Of a stretch of 64,000 nt of DNA, positions 1-11,968 are shown in pieces (the stretch's first letter is position 1; each line of letters opens with the position of its first letter). A model generated the notes under the pieces. The model made no database searches and had not been told where the DNA came from. It worked only from the letters and a program-made list of their open reading frames with translations. The stretch spans positions 10,912,001-10,976,000 of the forward strand of contig JBHGNT010000002.1 in NCBI GenBank assembly GCA_043228905.1, in the 5' to 3' direction. The position numbers and the translations under genes were made by a program. The stretch is from Azolla caroliniana (taxonomy: Eukaryota; Plantae; Polypodiophyta).

Positions 1-31
1 TCGCTATCGAGAGGGGACGCGACACATCAGA

Positions 32-1595
32 TGTCATGACGTTGTTGTGAAGATTTTCGGCAACGGTGTGAAAATTGCATCAAACGTACAAAATCAAGTG
101 TGGTTCTTCACACGAGACATGAAACAATAATAGAGAAGATACTATTTTAGATTAGCTTAATATCTTGGTATGGGAAGATGGAGGTCTTCAAGAGCTTTCG
201 AATGCTTTTTACTACATAAGAAATGGACATCTAAGTGTCAAGTTATGTGGGTATAAAGTTTTGGAAAAGAAAAAATAAATAAAATAAAAAATAAAACTGT
301 GAACTATCCCATATAGATAGGAAAAGTTTAGGCTCCAGCTATATAAGCAGATTGAGATCCATCATATTTCATCTATGTCTTAAGAGCACATAAGAAATAG
401 TTAGACTTGAGCCACTTTTGTCTAGATGGACATATGTGGCTAAGTCGCGGGACGTGGCTAAGTGCCCGAACAGGCCGATGTAGGAACTCAAACCGGCCGA
501 CGATAGAACCGAAAATCGGATGGAGCTGGCAACCGGTGACCGGATGCATCCGGCAATCGGCGACCGGATGGAGATTAGCGAACGGTGAACGGCAACCGGT
601 GACGGAGCCGGCGACCGGTGACCCAACATCCGGCGACCTCAGGATGCGGACCAAACCGGCTCGGATGCGAACCGAACCGGGCCAAACTAAACGAATGCAA
701 ATCGGTCGGGTCGGTTGATCGCGTTGCATGGTGTCTTAAGGATATTTGCTCCAAAAGCCTAATAGTATTTTGTGCATAAAAGAAAAAGATGTAAGCAAGA
801 CTCGAACTTAACACCTCCAAGATAGGAAGCAATAGGCTAACCATTAAGCCAAATCATTTCTTTAGGAAAGTAAGACGGAGCCGGTGACGGAGCCGACGAC
901 ATGTGACCCAACATCCGGCAACAGATCTGGTACCGGACGTTGACAACATCCGGCGATGGAACCGGTGACCCGACATCCGACGACCTTGGGATGCGGACCA
1001 AACCGGCTCGGATGCGGACCGAACCGGGCCAAACTGAACGAATGCAAATCGGTCGGGTCGGTTGATCGTGGTGCATGGTGTCTTAAAGATATTTGGTCCA
1101 AAAGCCTAATAGTAGTTTGTGCATAAAAGAAAAAGATGTAAGTAAGACTCGAACTTAACACCTCCAAGAAAGGAAGCAATAGGCTAACCATTTCTTTAGG
1201 GATTATATTTTTATCATTATAGCTTTACATGTAAATTCTCATGTGTGAGAGCTTAGATGATGACATGGCAATCATGCATTGCGTGCAATGCATGCATTTC
1301 ATGCATTTCGTGCATGTCTTGCACCCTCACATGCACCATATGAATGGGGGCATCTATAAAAGAGTGGAGGAATCAAGCAAAAGGGGGATTTTTTATCAAG
1401 CAAGCTTTGTACCTTAAATCAAAATTAATATTAAGAAGAAAATTCGTTATCCTTTTGATGATAAACCTTGTTCTTCAAATCTAAAGTCAAGAGTTCAATC
1501 TTAATCTCTCTTAATCTAAAGTCAAGCGTTTTATCTTATCTCAATCTCTCTCTCTTTCAATCTATCTTAAATACTTTCTCGCTAAAGCTTGTGCA
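32..1595. repeat. Probable LTR or LTR-like non-coding segment of an unidentified element
   Basis: No credible ORF. Contains internal direct repeats, a TATA-like CTATAAAAG (~1355) and CT-rich sequence, and ends in ...GTGCA exactly where Gypsy X coding sequence resumes. No partner LTR or TSD lies in the window, so the boundaries are a guess. Confidence 0.3.
614..1192. repeat. Direct repeat pair of ~230 bp (614-845 and 961-1192) plus shorter CCGG-rich subrepeats
   Basis: ACCGGTGACCC...GGATGCGGACCAAACCGGCTCGG...AATAGGCTAACCATT occurs twice with few substitutions. The paired ORFs 373-729/837-1076 and 575-844/862-1191 reflect this. Confidence 0.9.
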
Positions 1596-2434
1596 AACTT
1601 CGAATCCTTCTGGTCCAGAACCCGGCAGTTCCGCCTCACGATCTGCACGTAGTGACGGATCTTCATGACAATGCGTCTAGAGATTTCCATTTCTTGGTAG
1701 AATGCATCTTGCACCCTATGGAGTTCCATGAGGGCCTTCATATCAGATTCGCACTCCCTGGCTCTTATTGTTCCCGACGTGGCATACGCTCCAGTCATCT
1801 CGATGACATCGATCTTGCAGAATGGCACGATTTCAGGGTTCTCTTCTAGATAAGTTTCCAGCTCCTTGTTGTCTAACCCTTCAAGCATGTGGACTTCTTC
1901 CGTGTAAAGCGGAGTCATAGCTTTAGTGGGTGGGTTGCTCTCCTACGTCGGCACCCAAACCTTGGCTCGGCCTCGACGGAAAGTAATGTTGTCGTGTGGC
2001 CAATTTTGCTTGATGTTTGCCGAGTAGAGCCTTGGATGGCCTAACAGTAGGGGGTAAGCGCCAGGAGCATCAAGGGCCAAGACGATGGCCGATATCTCGA
2101 ATGTATGTCTGCCTATCACGATCTTTAACTTATAGAGCAGACCCAGTGGTCGGACGGATCGTGTATCCGCCATGCAGAGCCAGAATGGGCATACTTCCCA
2201 ATCTGTAATGTTGAGGTGGTTGCAAGTGGCTTGGCTAATGACGTTCACTCCCGAACCACCATCGACTATGCACCCCGTGATTTCCTCCCCTTGTAAGATA
2301 ACCTTAATGGCGGGGTTATGGTGATCCACCATGGCTGGCCCTGTAATAGATTCGGCAAATTTGGCAGGAATCATTACTTGGTCTATGTTACGCATACGTG
2401 TCTCAATGGCTTGCCGGAATCGAGGGACCAAATT

Positions 2435-2875
2435 TGTTGAGATACAAGCTCAACATTGGCCGGATCGGCTGTGCAAGCCGAGAACTGGATCGGTTGGGAC
2501 CGATCAGTTAGGCCGGACTGGTGTGTAAACTAGGTGCGTAAACCGGTGCGCAACAAGAAGCCATAGCGGTGCGTAAACTACAAGGCCGTTGGAAAGATAT
2601 TCCGTGTAGGAATATATTTCGTGTAGAGCTCATTTATGAGCATTGAAGTACATGTCAGTACTTCTGTCAATCCGTATGGACTTGTACAAAAGTGCTCACT
2701 GAGCACATTCTATGTACAGACTGAGTATTATTTTTTGAATAGAGTTGTGTGTATTGAGTCTCTCTCTCTATCTCTCTATCTCTCCCGCATACTGTGTGTG
2801 TGTCCAAGCTCTCCATTAAACCTGTGTTTTCCTACGTTCTGCTTTTTGTTGCTTCCGTACGTTGTTCTTTTCAAA
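2435..2875 (+). repeat. 5' LTR of Copia A
   Basis: Starts TGTTGAGATACAAG, aligns with 18435-18857, and is followed directly by a tRNA-iMet-type PBS. Confidence 0.9.
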
Positions 2876-2964
2876 TGGTATGAGAGCACGAGGGTTGAGA
2901 ACCTTTGCAGCCGACCTTAACTCGAGAAGAAAACCTAACCTTTGTAAAGAATAGGGAAAACAAA

Positions 2965-5546
2965 ATGGATAGAGGCATGGCTAGCTCGCTTTCGACCGAG
3001 AAGCTCGACAGAAACAACTATGCGTCTTGGTCATACAAGATGCACCAGTACCTGCTTGGGCATGGATATTGGAGCTATGTCAACGGAGCAAATGACACAA
3101 CACCCGATTCGACACACAAAGATTTCCCGGCATGGGAATAGTCGGCAAGCAGAGTTCTCTATTGCTTCGCGTCTTGTGTGGGGGAACAACTTCTGAGCTA
3201 TATTCGGGATGCGAAAACGCTGAAGGATGTTTGGGGAAATCTGAAAAAGATTTTCGCCGCAAGCACCACAGCCAGAAAGCTCTAACTCCGACAGTAGTTG
3301 AGAAACTTGCGACAACGCGATTTGTCAGTGGCCGATTACACCTCGAAGATCAAAGATATATGCGACTCCTTAGCCTTCATCGATGTGAACATCGAGGAAC
3401 ACGAGATGGTGCAAATCTGTCTCAGGGGACTGGCATCGAAGTTCGGAGCGTTCTAAACTGCTGTGTGCATACAGGAGAATACGTCGTCGTTTTTTGACCT
3501 ACAGTCGATGCTCCTTATAGAGGAGAACCACACGGGTGCATCGACGAGTACGCACACCAATAGCAAGATGTTGTACATGGAGGGAGATAGGCCCCGTGGT
3601 TGTGGCGGACGAGGCGAGTCGGTGCGCAATGGAGGCGGCCGACAGAATCAAGGAAGAAGGCACCGAAGTGATGCCAACAGCAATTCCGGACCCTCCGGAA
3701 ACAGGGGGAGTCGACGCGACGAGAACCGGCAAGGGAAACCCGTCGCGGAATCCTGGTATTGTGGCAAGAAAGGCCACAAGGAGAGCGAGTGTTGGAAGAA
3801 GTGTGCTGATTTGGAGAAAACTGGATCCGGATCCGGACAAACCGACAAAGCAAATCGGCAGCGATCGCACTACGCCGAAGGATCCAAAAAAGTCAGAAAG
3901 GGCGCAGCCTTCATGACGAGACATGAGGAGAACTCGATGAAGAAGACCACCCTGAAATCGGACTAGGTGTGGTACGTTGACTCAGGCGCATTAAACCACA
4001 TGAAAAGCCATAAGGAGTGGTTCTCATACCTTGAGAAACCGATGCAATCGGGAGTAGTCGCAACAGGAGACGACACTCCGCATCTGATCGAGAATGTCGG
4101 TGAAGTTCCCTTGAGCCATGTCGGGCAAAAAGGGAAACTCATGAACGTGTTACACGTCCCGACAATCACGAAGAATCTAGTGCCGGTCGGGCAGATCGTC
4201 GACCAGGGGATGCAAGACCAGTTCACGCATCTCGGGTGCTTCATCGAGGAGGAAGGCCAAGTTATTGCGCAAGGGCGCAGAGACAGGAGGATTTTTATCC
4301 TCAACACCAATGACGTTGGCACTGCAATGTTCGCAAAAGGACAAAATGTCAGGTCGGATATCAACTTGTGGCACAAGCGGATAGGCCAGGTCAACTATTA
4401 AAGGCTTTAGGACTTGCAATCGAAACAAGTTGTGTTCGGAGCTAGGGAATGAACACTGACTTCCTTTCCCCAACGAGCATAACCAGAGTCGGAACAAGCT
4501 CGACTTGATACATTCGGATGTATGGGGGCCGACACAGAACGTTAGTCTTGGCGGGAGTCGATATTTTGTCTCCTTCATCGATGACTACACACGGCACATG
4601 TGGATCTATCTCATTGAAAAGAAGAGTGAAGTCTTCGACTGTTTTCGGGACCTCAAAAGCTTCGTATAAAGGGAAACTGGGAGAAAGATCAAGTGCCTGC
4701 AGTCGGATGGCGGAAAAGAGTACTTTTCTGGGCAATTCAACAGTTATCTGCAACAAATGGGAATTCGATGCGAATTCAGTTGCAGGTATACGTCGGAGCA
4801 AAATGGCGTAGCCGAAAGGAAAAATCTGTCGGTTGTGGAAGCGCCACGGGCAATGCTGGAAGAGAAGAGCTTGCCCAAGTTCTATTGGACCGAAGTGGTA
4901 CCAACCGCGGTCTACATCCAGAATCGGATCGGAGACAAAGTGTCGGCGCATGAGCTGTGTTTCAGAACAAAGCCGAATCTACGACACTTGAGTGCATGTG
5001 CCGAAGGAGAAACGGAGGAAGTTGGATGCGAAAGCCGAGAAGTGTATCTTGGTCGGCTATTCAAATGAAAAGAAGGGTTATAAGTGTTATAACCCCCGAA
5101 ACAAACAAGCTCGCGTGAGTCGCGATGTTCTGTTTGACGAGTCTGCGTCTTGGTACTTGCCTTCGACTCCGGACCTCAACTCCAACTTCGGATCTCTGGA
5201 CCCGAGTTCTGACGATCAGGTCAGCGAGGCTGAAATGCCTCCGGATGACCACGAAATCAAGACCCTCGATGAGAGTCTAATTTCATTTTGGCTAACTGGA
5301 CCGAACGAGCGTCTCAATTGGTTTGACCAGTCCGAAGAATAGCCGGCGAGTAGTGGAGACTTGGCCGTGCATTACCCGCGTAGGAAGCCGAGGAGACGGT
5401 TTACGTGCAAGGAAAAAGGGAAGAAGAAGATGCTGGAGTATGGCACGGATAAGGGCGAGTCGGATCGATGCGAATCCGACTCCAAGAAGAGCGATGACGG
5501 GCCTTCGAGAGCGAAGTCTGTGTCAGCCAAGAAAGCCTCAACATCG
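2965..5546 (+). pseudogene. gag-pol: Copia A gag, zinc knuckle, protease and integrase (stops and frameshifts)
   Basis: EKLDRNNYASWSYKMHQYL, YCGKKGHKESEC, WYVDSGA, LWHKRIG, EQNGVAERKN, KLDAKAEKCILVGYS spread over several broken ORFs. Confidence 0.9.
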
Positions 5547-6177
5547 TGTTAGGAATTGACGCTTTCAAAACCTTCACCTCTCGGCCACAACCGAGGAAAC
5601 ACGAATCAATGCAGCAGAAAATCAAAAACACAGAGAGAGACTTGAATGCACAGGGTTTAGCGTGGAAAACCCTAGACGGGAAAAACCACGGGAGTGCAAG
5701 ACTCCAACTATCACTATACGCAGGGAATGTACAATGGCGAGCTGCAAGGCGACGACCTTGAGCTCGCTGTCCTCGCCACAGGCGGCGGTATTACACAGAG
5801 GCGTCGACCTCTTCCTTTCTCTCTCTCTCACTCTCTCTCTCGGCTGCTCTCACTTCGCTCCCTCTAAGTGGAAAACAGAAAAATGAGCAACAACAAAACT
5901 GTTTGCCCTAAGTCAGATTTATACACAAATGACTTTCGGGCTATTTACAAATATAGCCTCGAGGGCCCTTGGCAAACATATTCACAAATATGTCCCCGCA
6001 TCCGGATCTCTCTCCGGGTACATTCGTCATCCGGCTCCGTAGCCGGGGTCTTCATCATCCGGATCCGAAACCGGGTCTTCATCATCCGGTTCCGATACCG
6101 GGTACTCCTCATTCGGGTCTTCATTCCCGATTCCCGGACATCTGACCATCCCATCCGGAGGGACCGTAATCCCAACA
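5547..6177 (-). repeat. 3' LTR of Copia B
   Basis: TGTTAGG...CCCAACA; PPT complement CTCCCCCTT immediately inside. Confidence 0.95.
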
Positions 6178-6187
6178 AACTCCCCCT

Positions 6188-9100
6188 TCACTTCGGCATG
6201 GGATGTCTTTCCAGTCCGACCCTCTTCCGGCACGCTTCCAGCTTGTCGGGTGTGAGCACTTTGGTCAGCATATCTGACCCGTTCCCGTCCGTGTGGATCT
6301 TCGTCAGCACGAACTCCTGGTCTTCTATCCTTTCCCGGATCCAGTGATATCTACGCTGGATGTGCTTCGTCCGGGAGTAATAGGCCGCGTTCTTCGCAAG
6401 GTGGATGGCACTCTGACTGTCGCAGTAGAGTCGGTACTCCTCCTGCCGGATACCGAGCTCTCTAATGAAGTCCTTCATCCATATTATTTCCTTGCCGGCT
6501 TCAACAGCCGCCATGTACTCCGCCTCCGTGGTTGACAACGCAACCGTCTTCTGCAGCCTCGACTGCCACGAAACAGCTCCCCCTGCATACGTCATCACAT
6601 ACCCTGATGTGGACCGGCTGGTATCTGCATCAGCCGACATATCCGAATCGGTAAAGCCGTCGAGTTCGGGCTTACCGGAGCCGAATCGGAGGCACACGTT
6701 TGCCGTGCCCTTCAGGTATCGGAGTATCCACTTGGCCGCGTTCCAGTGCTCTTTGCCGGGATTGCTCTTGTACCGGCTCACCACTCCGACTGCATATCCT
6801 ATGTCCGGTCTTGTACACACCATTGCGTACATCAAGCTTCCGACGGCAGAGGCATATGGTACTTTCATCATGTCCTCCTTCTCAGCCTTTGTCTTGGGGC
6901 TTTGCTTGCTGGACAACTTGCAGTTTGCCGGGAGGGTTGACCCGACCGGTCTTGCTTCCGACATGTTGAACCGGTGAAGCACCTTTGTCACGTACTTCTC
7001 CTGTGACAGCCACAACTGCTTCTTCTTCCGGTCCCGGATGATGTGCATCCCTAGTATTTGCCTCGCCGGACCCAGGTCCTTCATTGAGAAGGTTCGGTGA
7101 AGCGCTTTCTTCAGCATCTGTATCTTGACCTGGTCCCGTCCGACGATCAACATGTCGTCCACGTACAGGAGGAGTATTAGACAGTCTCCTCCTTCGAACT
7201 TCTTCACAAACACGGAGTGATCGGACTGCATTTTGTGGTACCCTTCGTCGGTCATGAAAGAGTCGAACTTCCGGTACCATTGCCGGGGAGCCTGCTTCAG
7301 TCCGTAAAGGCTCTTCTTCAACCGGCATACCAGGTGCTCCTTCCCTTTCTTCTCGAATCCTTCCGGTTGCTGCATGTAGATCTCTTCTTCGAGGTCACCG
7401 TGAAGGAATGCCGTCTTCACGTCCATCTGTTCTACCTCGAGGTCCATGCTTGCCGCTATGCTCAGCACCGTCCGGATGGAGGTCATCTTCACTACCGGGG
7501 CAAATATCTCGTCGAAGTCGACGCCCTTCTTCTGCTGGAACCCCTTCACCACGATCCTGGCTTTGTATCTCGGGGGGTTTCCGGCATCTCCCGGTTTCAG
7601 CTTGAACACCCACTTGTTTCGAAGTGCCGGCTTTCCTTTCGGCAACTCCACAAGTTCATATGTGTGGTTCTCATGCAGGGAATCCATCTCCTCCTGCATG
7701 GCACTTAACCACCTGCGGCTATGGGTGTCAAGCTTTGCTTCTTCAAAACTCTCCGGCTCCCCCTCGTCGGTTAGCAGCACGTGCTCTGGTTCCGGAAATC
7801 TCCGGGGGGCCCTTCTCTCTCTTAGAGGATATCTCCGTTCCGGAGCTTCGGTAACCGGCTCCTCCGTTTCCTCTTCATCGGAATCCATTTCGGGATCGGG
7901 GCCGGTTCCGGTATCAGTTTCATCTTCCTCGGCCGGTTCTGTTTCTTCACCGTCTTCGGCCGGATCCTCGAGTGCTAACCGGTCCCTTGCCGGTCGGGAC
8001 TGCTCCTCGTAGAGTTGATCCTCACCGGTCGATTTGGAGCTCTTCATCTTCTTCTCCGACTCCCAGTCGGCGAGTGTCTTGTCCTCCATGAAGATGATAT
8101 CACGACTCCGGAATATCTTTTTGTCGACCGGGTCCCATACTCGGTAGCCGAACTCGTCATCGCCGTAACCGAGGAATATGCATGGCCGGGTCTTTGGATC
8201 TAGCTTTCCTCTCCGGTCCTTTGCCACATGCACATATGCGAGACACCCGAACACCTTCAGATGCCGGTAGGATACTTCCCTACCGGTCCACACTCTCTGC
8301 GGCGTGTCTCCGTCCAAAGGTACTGAGGGTGATCTGTTTATCACGTATGTCGCCGTCGACATTGCCTCAGCCCAAAACCCCTTGGGTAATTTCGCATGCG
8401 CCAACATACTCCGGACCCTCTCCATTATGGTCCGGTTCATCCTCTCGGCCAGCCCGTTCAGTTTCGGCGTCTTCGGCACAGTAAACTCGAGCCGGATTCC
8501 CTTCGAGCGACAGTACTCCTCGAACTGCCCCCGGTATTCCCCTCCGTTATCCGCTCGTATCGCTTTCAGCTTCTTGCCGGATTCCCTTTCCACTCTCGCG
8601 TGGAGTTCTTTGAAGACGCACAACACTTGGTCCTTTGTCTTCAATGGTGCCGTCCACAGCTTCCGGCTGTGGTCATCAATGAATGTCACGAAGTACTGGG
8701 CTCCGCCATGTGACTTCGTTTCTACTTGACACACGTCAGTGTGCACCAACTCCAATGGTGCGCTATGTCTCGTCGGTGGCCTTGAGTGGAAGGAGGTTCG
8801 GTTCTGCTTACCGGCCAGGCAATCGGTGCACTTCTCCAGGTGCACATGCTTCACTGGAATAAGGTTGTCTTCTGCAAGCCTCTTCATCCCCTTCTCACTC
8901 ATGTGGCACAATCTCTTGTGCCACAGCTCACCGGCAGTGTCGGCTGCCACGTTCAACTCCTCCGGACACAACCAGGCATTCATAAGGTACAGTGTGTTGA
9001 CTTTCCGGGCCCGAGCCACTATCAGGCTCCCCTTGCTGAACTTCATTACGCAGTTCCGGATGCTACCTGTGTAGCCTTCATCGTCTAGCCTCCCGGCCGA

Positions 9101-10261
9101 AATCAGGTTCAATCGAACCTCCGGAACGTGTCGGACATCCTTCAGCAACATTTTGCATCCGGTCGAGGTTGTCAACCACACGTCTCCTATGCCGGCAATC
9201 CGGCACGTACCTTCATTTCCCATCCGAACACAGCCATGCTCACCGGCTGTGTAGGATGAGAAGTATCTTCTTTCCGGGGTCAGGTGGAACGACGCTCCAG
9301 AATCGACCACCCAGGTAGTCTCATCGCCGGCAATGTTTAGTTCACCTTCTTCGGTGATGAGCATGATCTCCTCTTCACTTGCCGCGAGTGCCGTCGTTCC
9401 TTTCCGGTCCTGCCCTCGCCGATCCGAACCGTTCCGGTCCGTGGCTCCCCGGTAAGCACCGTTCCGTTCCGAAGACTTCTTCGAATCGGTGTCGTCGGCT
9501 CCGTTGTCTTTTCGGTAATGCCAACAATTCTTTCAGAAGTGCCCCGGCTTCCCACAGTGGAAGCATGTGGGCCTTCCTCTTGACTGCGACCGGGTCCCCG
9601 ACTTCGCCCGTCTTTGCGGACTCCGGTTCCGTTGTCTTCCCCGATCCGATTCGGTAAGCAGCATCTTCGGATCGGAGGCCGGTTCTTTATCTCTCCGACG
9701 CGCTTCTTCGTTCAAAATGCTTGTCTTTACCGTTTGTAGGGACAAGTTATCTTCGGTACAGGAGGTGCTGAGAGTCACCACCAAGTTCTCCCAGCTTTCC
9801 GGCAATGTACACATCAGCATGATGGCTTGCATTGCATCCTCCAACGGGAACTTGATCGCCGCAAGCTGGTTCACGAATCCCATGAACGTGCTTACATGTT
9901 CCACCATACTCTCGCCGTCCCGGTACTTGAGGTTCACTATCTTCCTCATCAGGGAGGTCCGGTTCAACGCATTCTTCCTCTCGTAGAGGCCCGACAACTT
10001 CTGCCACATCTCATATGCGTTGGTGTCGTTCGCCACATGTTGTAGAACGCTCACGTCGATGTATTGCCGAATGGTTGCAACGGCTTTCCGGTTCAGAAGC
10101 CTCCATTCCGTCTCAAGTACCCCCTTGGGTATTTCCGACCTGTCGATCGGTTCATACAGGTCCCGAACAATGAGCAGATCCTCCATCTTTATCTTCCAGT
10201 CGGCGTAGTTCTGCGCATTCGGCACCATCATCCCCGGCTGCCCGCTGCTGCCGCCTTCCAT
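6188..10261 (-). pseudogene. gag-pol: Copia B gag-pol polyprotein with a single in-frame stop at 9533-9535
   Basis: ORFs 9533-10270 and 6188-9364 share a frame, with TGA where D has CGA. Motifs: WVVDSGAS, HKRLCH..C..C, RADNGGEY, LYVDDM, FTDSDM. Confidence 0.93.
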
Positions 10262-10292
10262 TTTCTGCACTGCAGTCGCTCTGATACCAGAT

Positions 10293-10926
10293 TGTTAGGA
10301 ATTGACGCTTTCAAAACCTTCACCTCTCGGCCACAACCGAGGAAACACGAATCAATGCAGCAGAAAATCAAAAACACAGAGAGAGACTTGAATGCACAGG
10401 GTTTAGCGTGGAAAACCCTAGACGGGAAAAACCACGGGAGTGCAAGACTCCAACTATCACTATACGCAGGGAATGTACAATGGCGAGCTGCAAGGCGACG
10501 ACCTTGAGCTCGCTGTCCTCGCCACAGGCGGCGGTATTACACAGAGGCGTCGACCTCTTCCTTTCTCTCTCTCTCACTCTCTCTCTCGGCTGCTCTCACT
10601 TCGCTCCCTCTAAGTGGAAAACAGAAAAATGAGCAACAACAACAAAACTGTTTGCCCTAAGTCAGATTTATACACAAATGACTTTCGGGCTATTTACAAA
10701 TATAGCCTCGAGGGCCCTTGGCAAACATATTCACAAATATGTCCCCGCATCCGGATCTCTCTCCGGGTACATTCGTCATCCGGCTCCGTAGCCGGGGTCT
10801 TCATCATCCGGATCCGAAACCGGGTCTTCATCATCCGGTTCCGATACCGGGTACTCCTCATTCGGGTCTTCATTCCCGATTCCCGGACATCTGACCATCC
10901 CATCCGGAGGGACCGTAATCCCAACA
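10293..10926 (-). repeat. 5' LTR of Copia B
   Basis: Near-identical to 5547-6177; adjacent to the PBS. Confidence 0.95.
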
Positions 10927-10931
10927 CATCG

Positions 10932-11968
10932 GCTAATGTGCAGTTATGCCGATCTACCCGCCAGAAGAACCCTATTGTGCGGTTCGGATACAATGGGTAC
11001 ATGGCACATCACTATGCGTACATGACGCGTGTAGCGGAAGTGCGTGAGCCGGAGAGCTACGCAGAAGCGGCGAAGGACACAAATGGACATGCTACAATGG
11101 AGGAAGAGATGCGTGCATTAGCAGAGAATGAAACCTGGGACCTAGTTGACGCACCGAAGGGTGTGAACCTGATCGGATGTAGGTAGGTGTACAAGATCAA
11201 GTACAACATCGACAACTCGGACAACCGATACAAGGCCTGGTTAGTAGTGAAAGGCTACACGCAAAAGCATGGCGTGGACTATGATGAGACCTTCATGCCT
11301 ATCGCGAAGATGATTACTGTGCGTGTTCTGCTAGCCGTAGCAGTGGCGAAGGGGTGGCATTTACATCAGATGGCTGTCAAAAATGCGTTCCTGCAATGCG
11401 AGCTTGAGGAACATGTGTACATGGTACAACCCCCCGGATTTCACTCCGGAATGAACACTTCGACGGTCTGCCGGTTGAAGAAGTCCCTTTACAGACTAAA
11501 GTAAGCCTCGCGTGCTTGGAACGCGAAAATCACGTAGCCATTGCGTCAGATGGGATTTGCGACATCCAAATTGGACTCTTCACTATTCATTCGGCAAGGT
11601 CGATTCAGGCCGGTTAGTATTTTACTTTATGTTGATGACTTGGTCATCACTGGCATCGACCTAGGTAAAATTGACTGTGTAAAGGTCCACCTCGTGGCAT
11701 CATTTGACATGAAGGACCTGGGGGACCTTCATTACTTCCTCGAGATCGAAGTGATCCATACCCACGAAGGCATACTGATCAGCCAACAACATTACGTGTT
11801 GGGTATGCTCATCAAGTTCGGGATGGCAGATTGTAAGTCCGTCTCGACTCCTTTGGATAGAACTGTCACGCTTTGCCCCGACTCCGGAAAGGTTTGCGAC
11901 CCGAAGAGGTTCCGACAGATTGTCGAAAGCCTCATCTACTTGACTATCACTCGATCAGACGTCAGTTA
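10932..11968 (+). pseudogene. pol: Copia A reverse transcriptase segment
   Basis: [39 protein letters not shown]. Confidence 0.9.

Larger units (their letters stand above)
5547..10926 (-). mobile_element. Copia B: young Tork/Tnt1-like element inserted in A
   Basis: LTRs 5547-6177 and 10293-10926, identical by eye except one extra AAC; TSD CATCG (5542-5546/10927-10931); PBS TGGTATCAGAGC on minus at 10278-10289; PPT AAGGGGGAG next to 6177. Confidence 0.97.

Noticed and set aside
9-40. GAGAGGGGA as a PPT marking an LTR start at 32
   Set aside because: It lies about 15 nt from the TG and no partner LTR is available, so it was used only as a tentative boundary.
6293-9088. Many antisense and alternate-frame ORFs over Copia pol, mirrored in C and D
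   Set aside because: Shadow ORFs of GC-rich coding sequence; they recur only because the elements are homologous.
9533-9535. Programmed stop-codon readthrough between gag and pol in B
   Set aside because: Sibling D has CGA here and the stop falls inside the CCHC knuckle; a CpG transition explains it.
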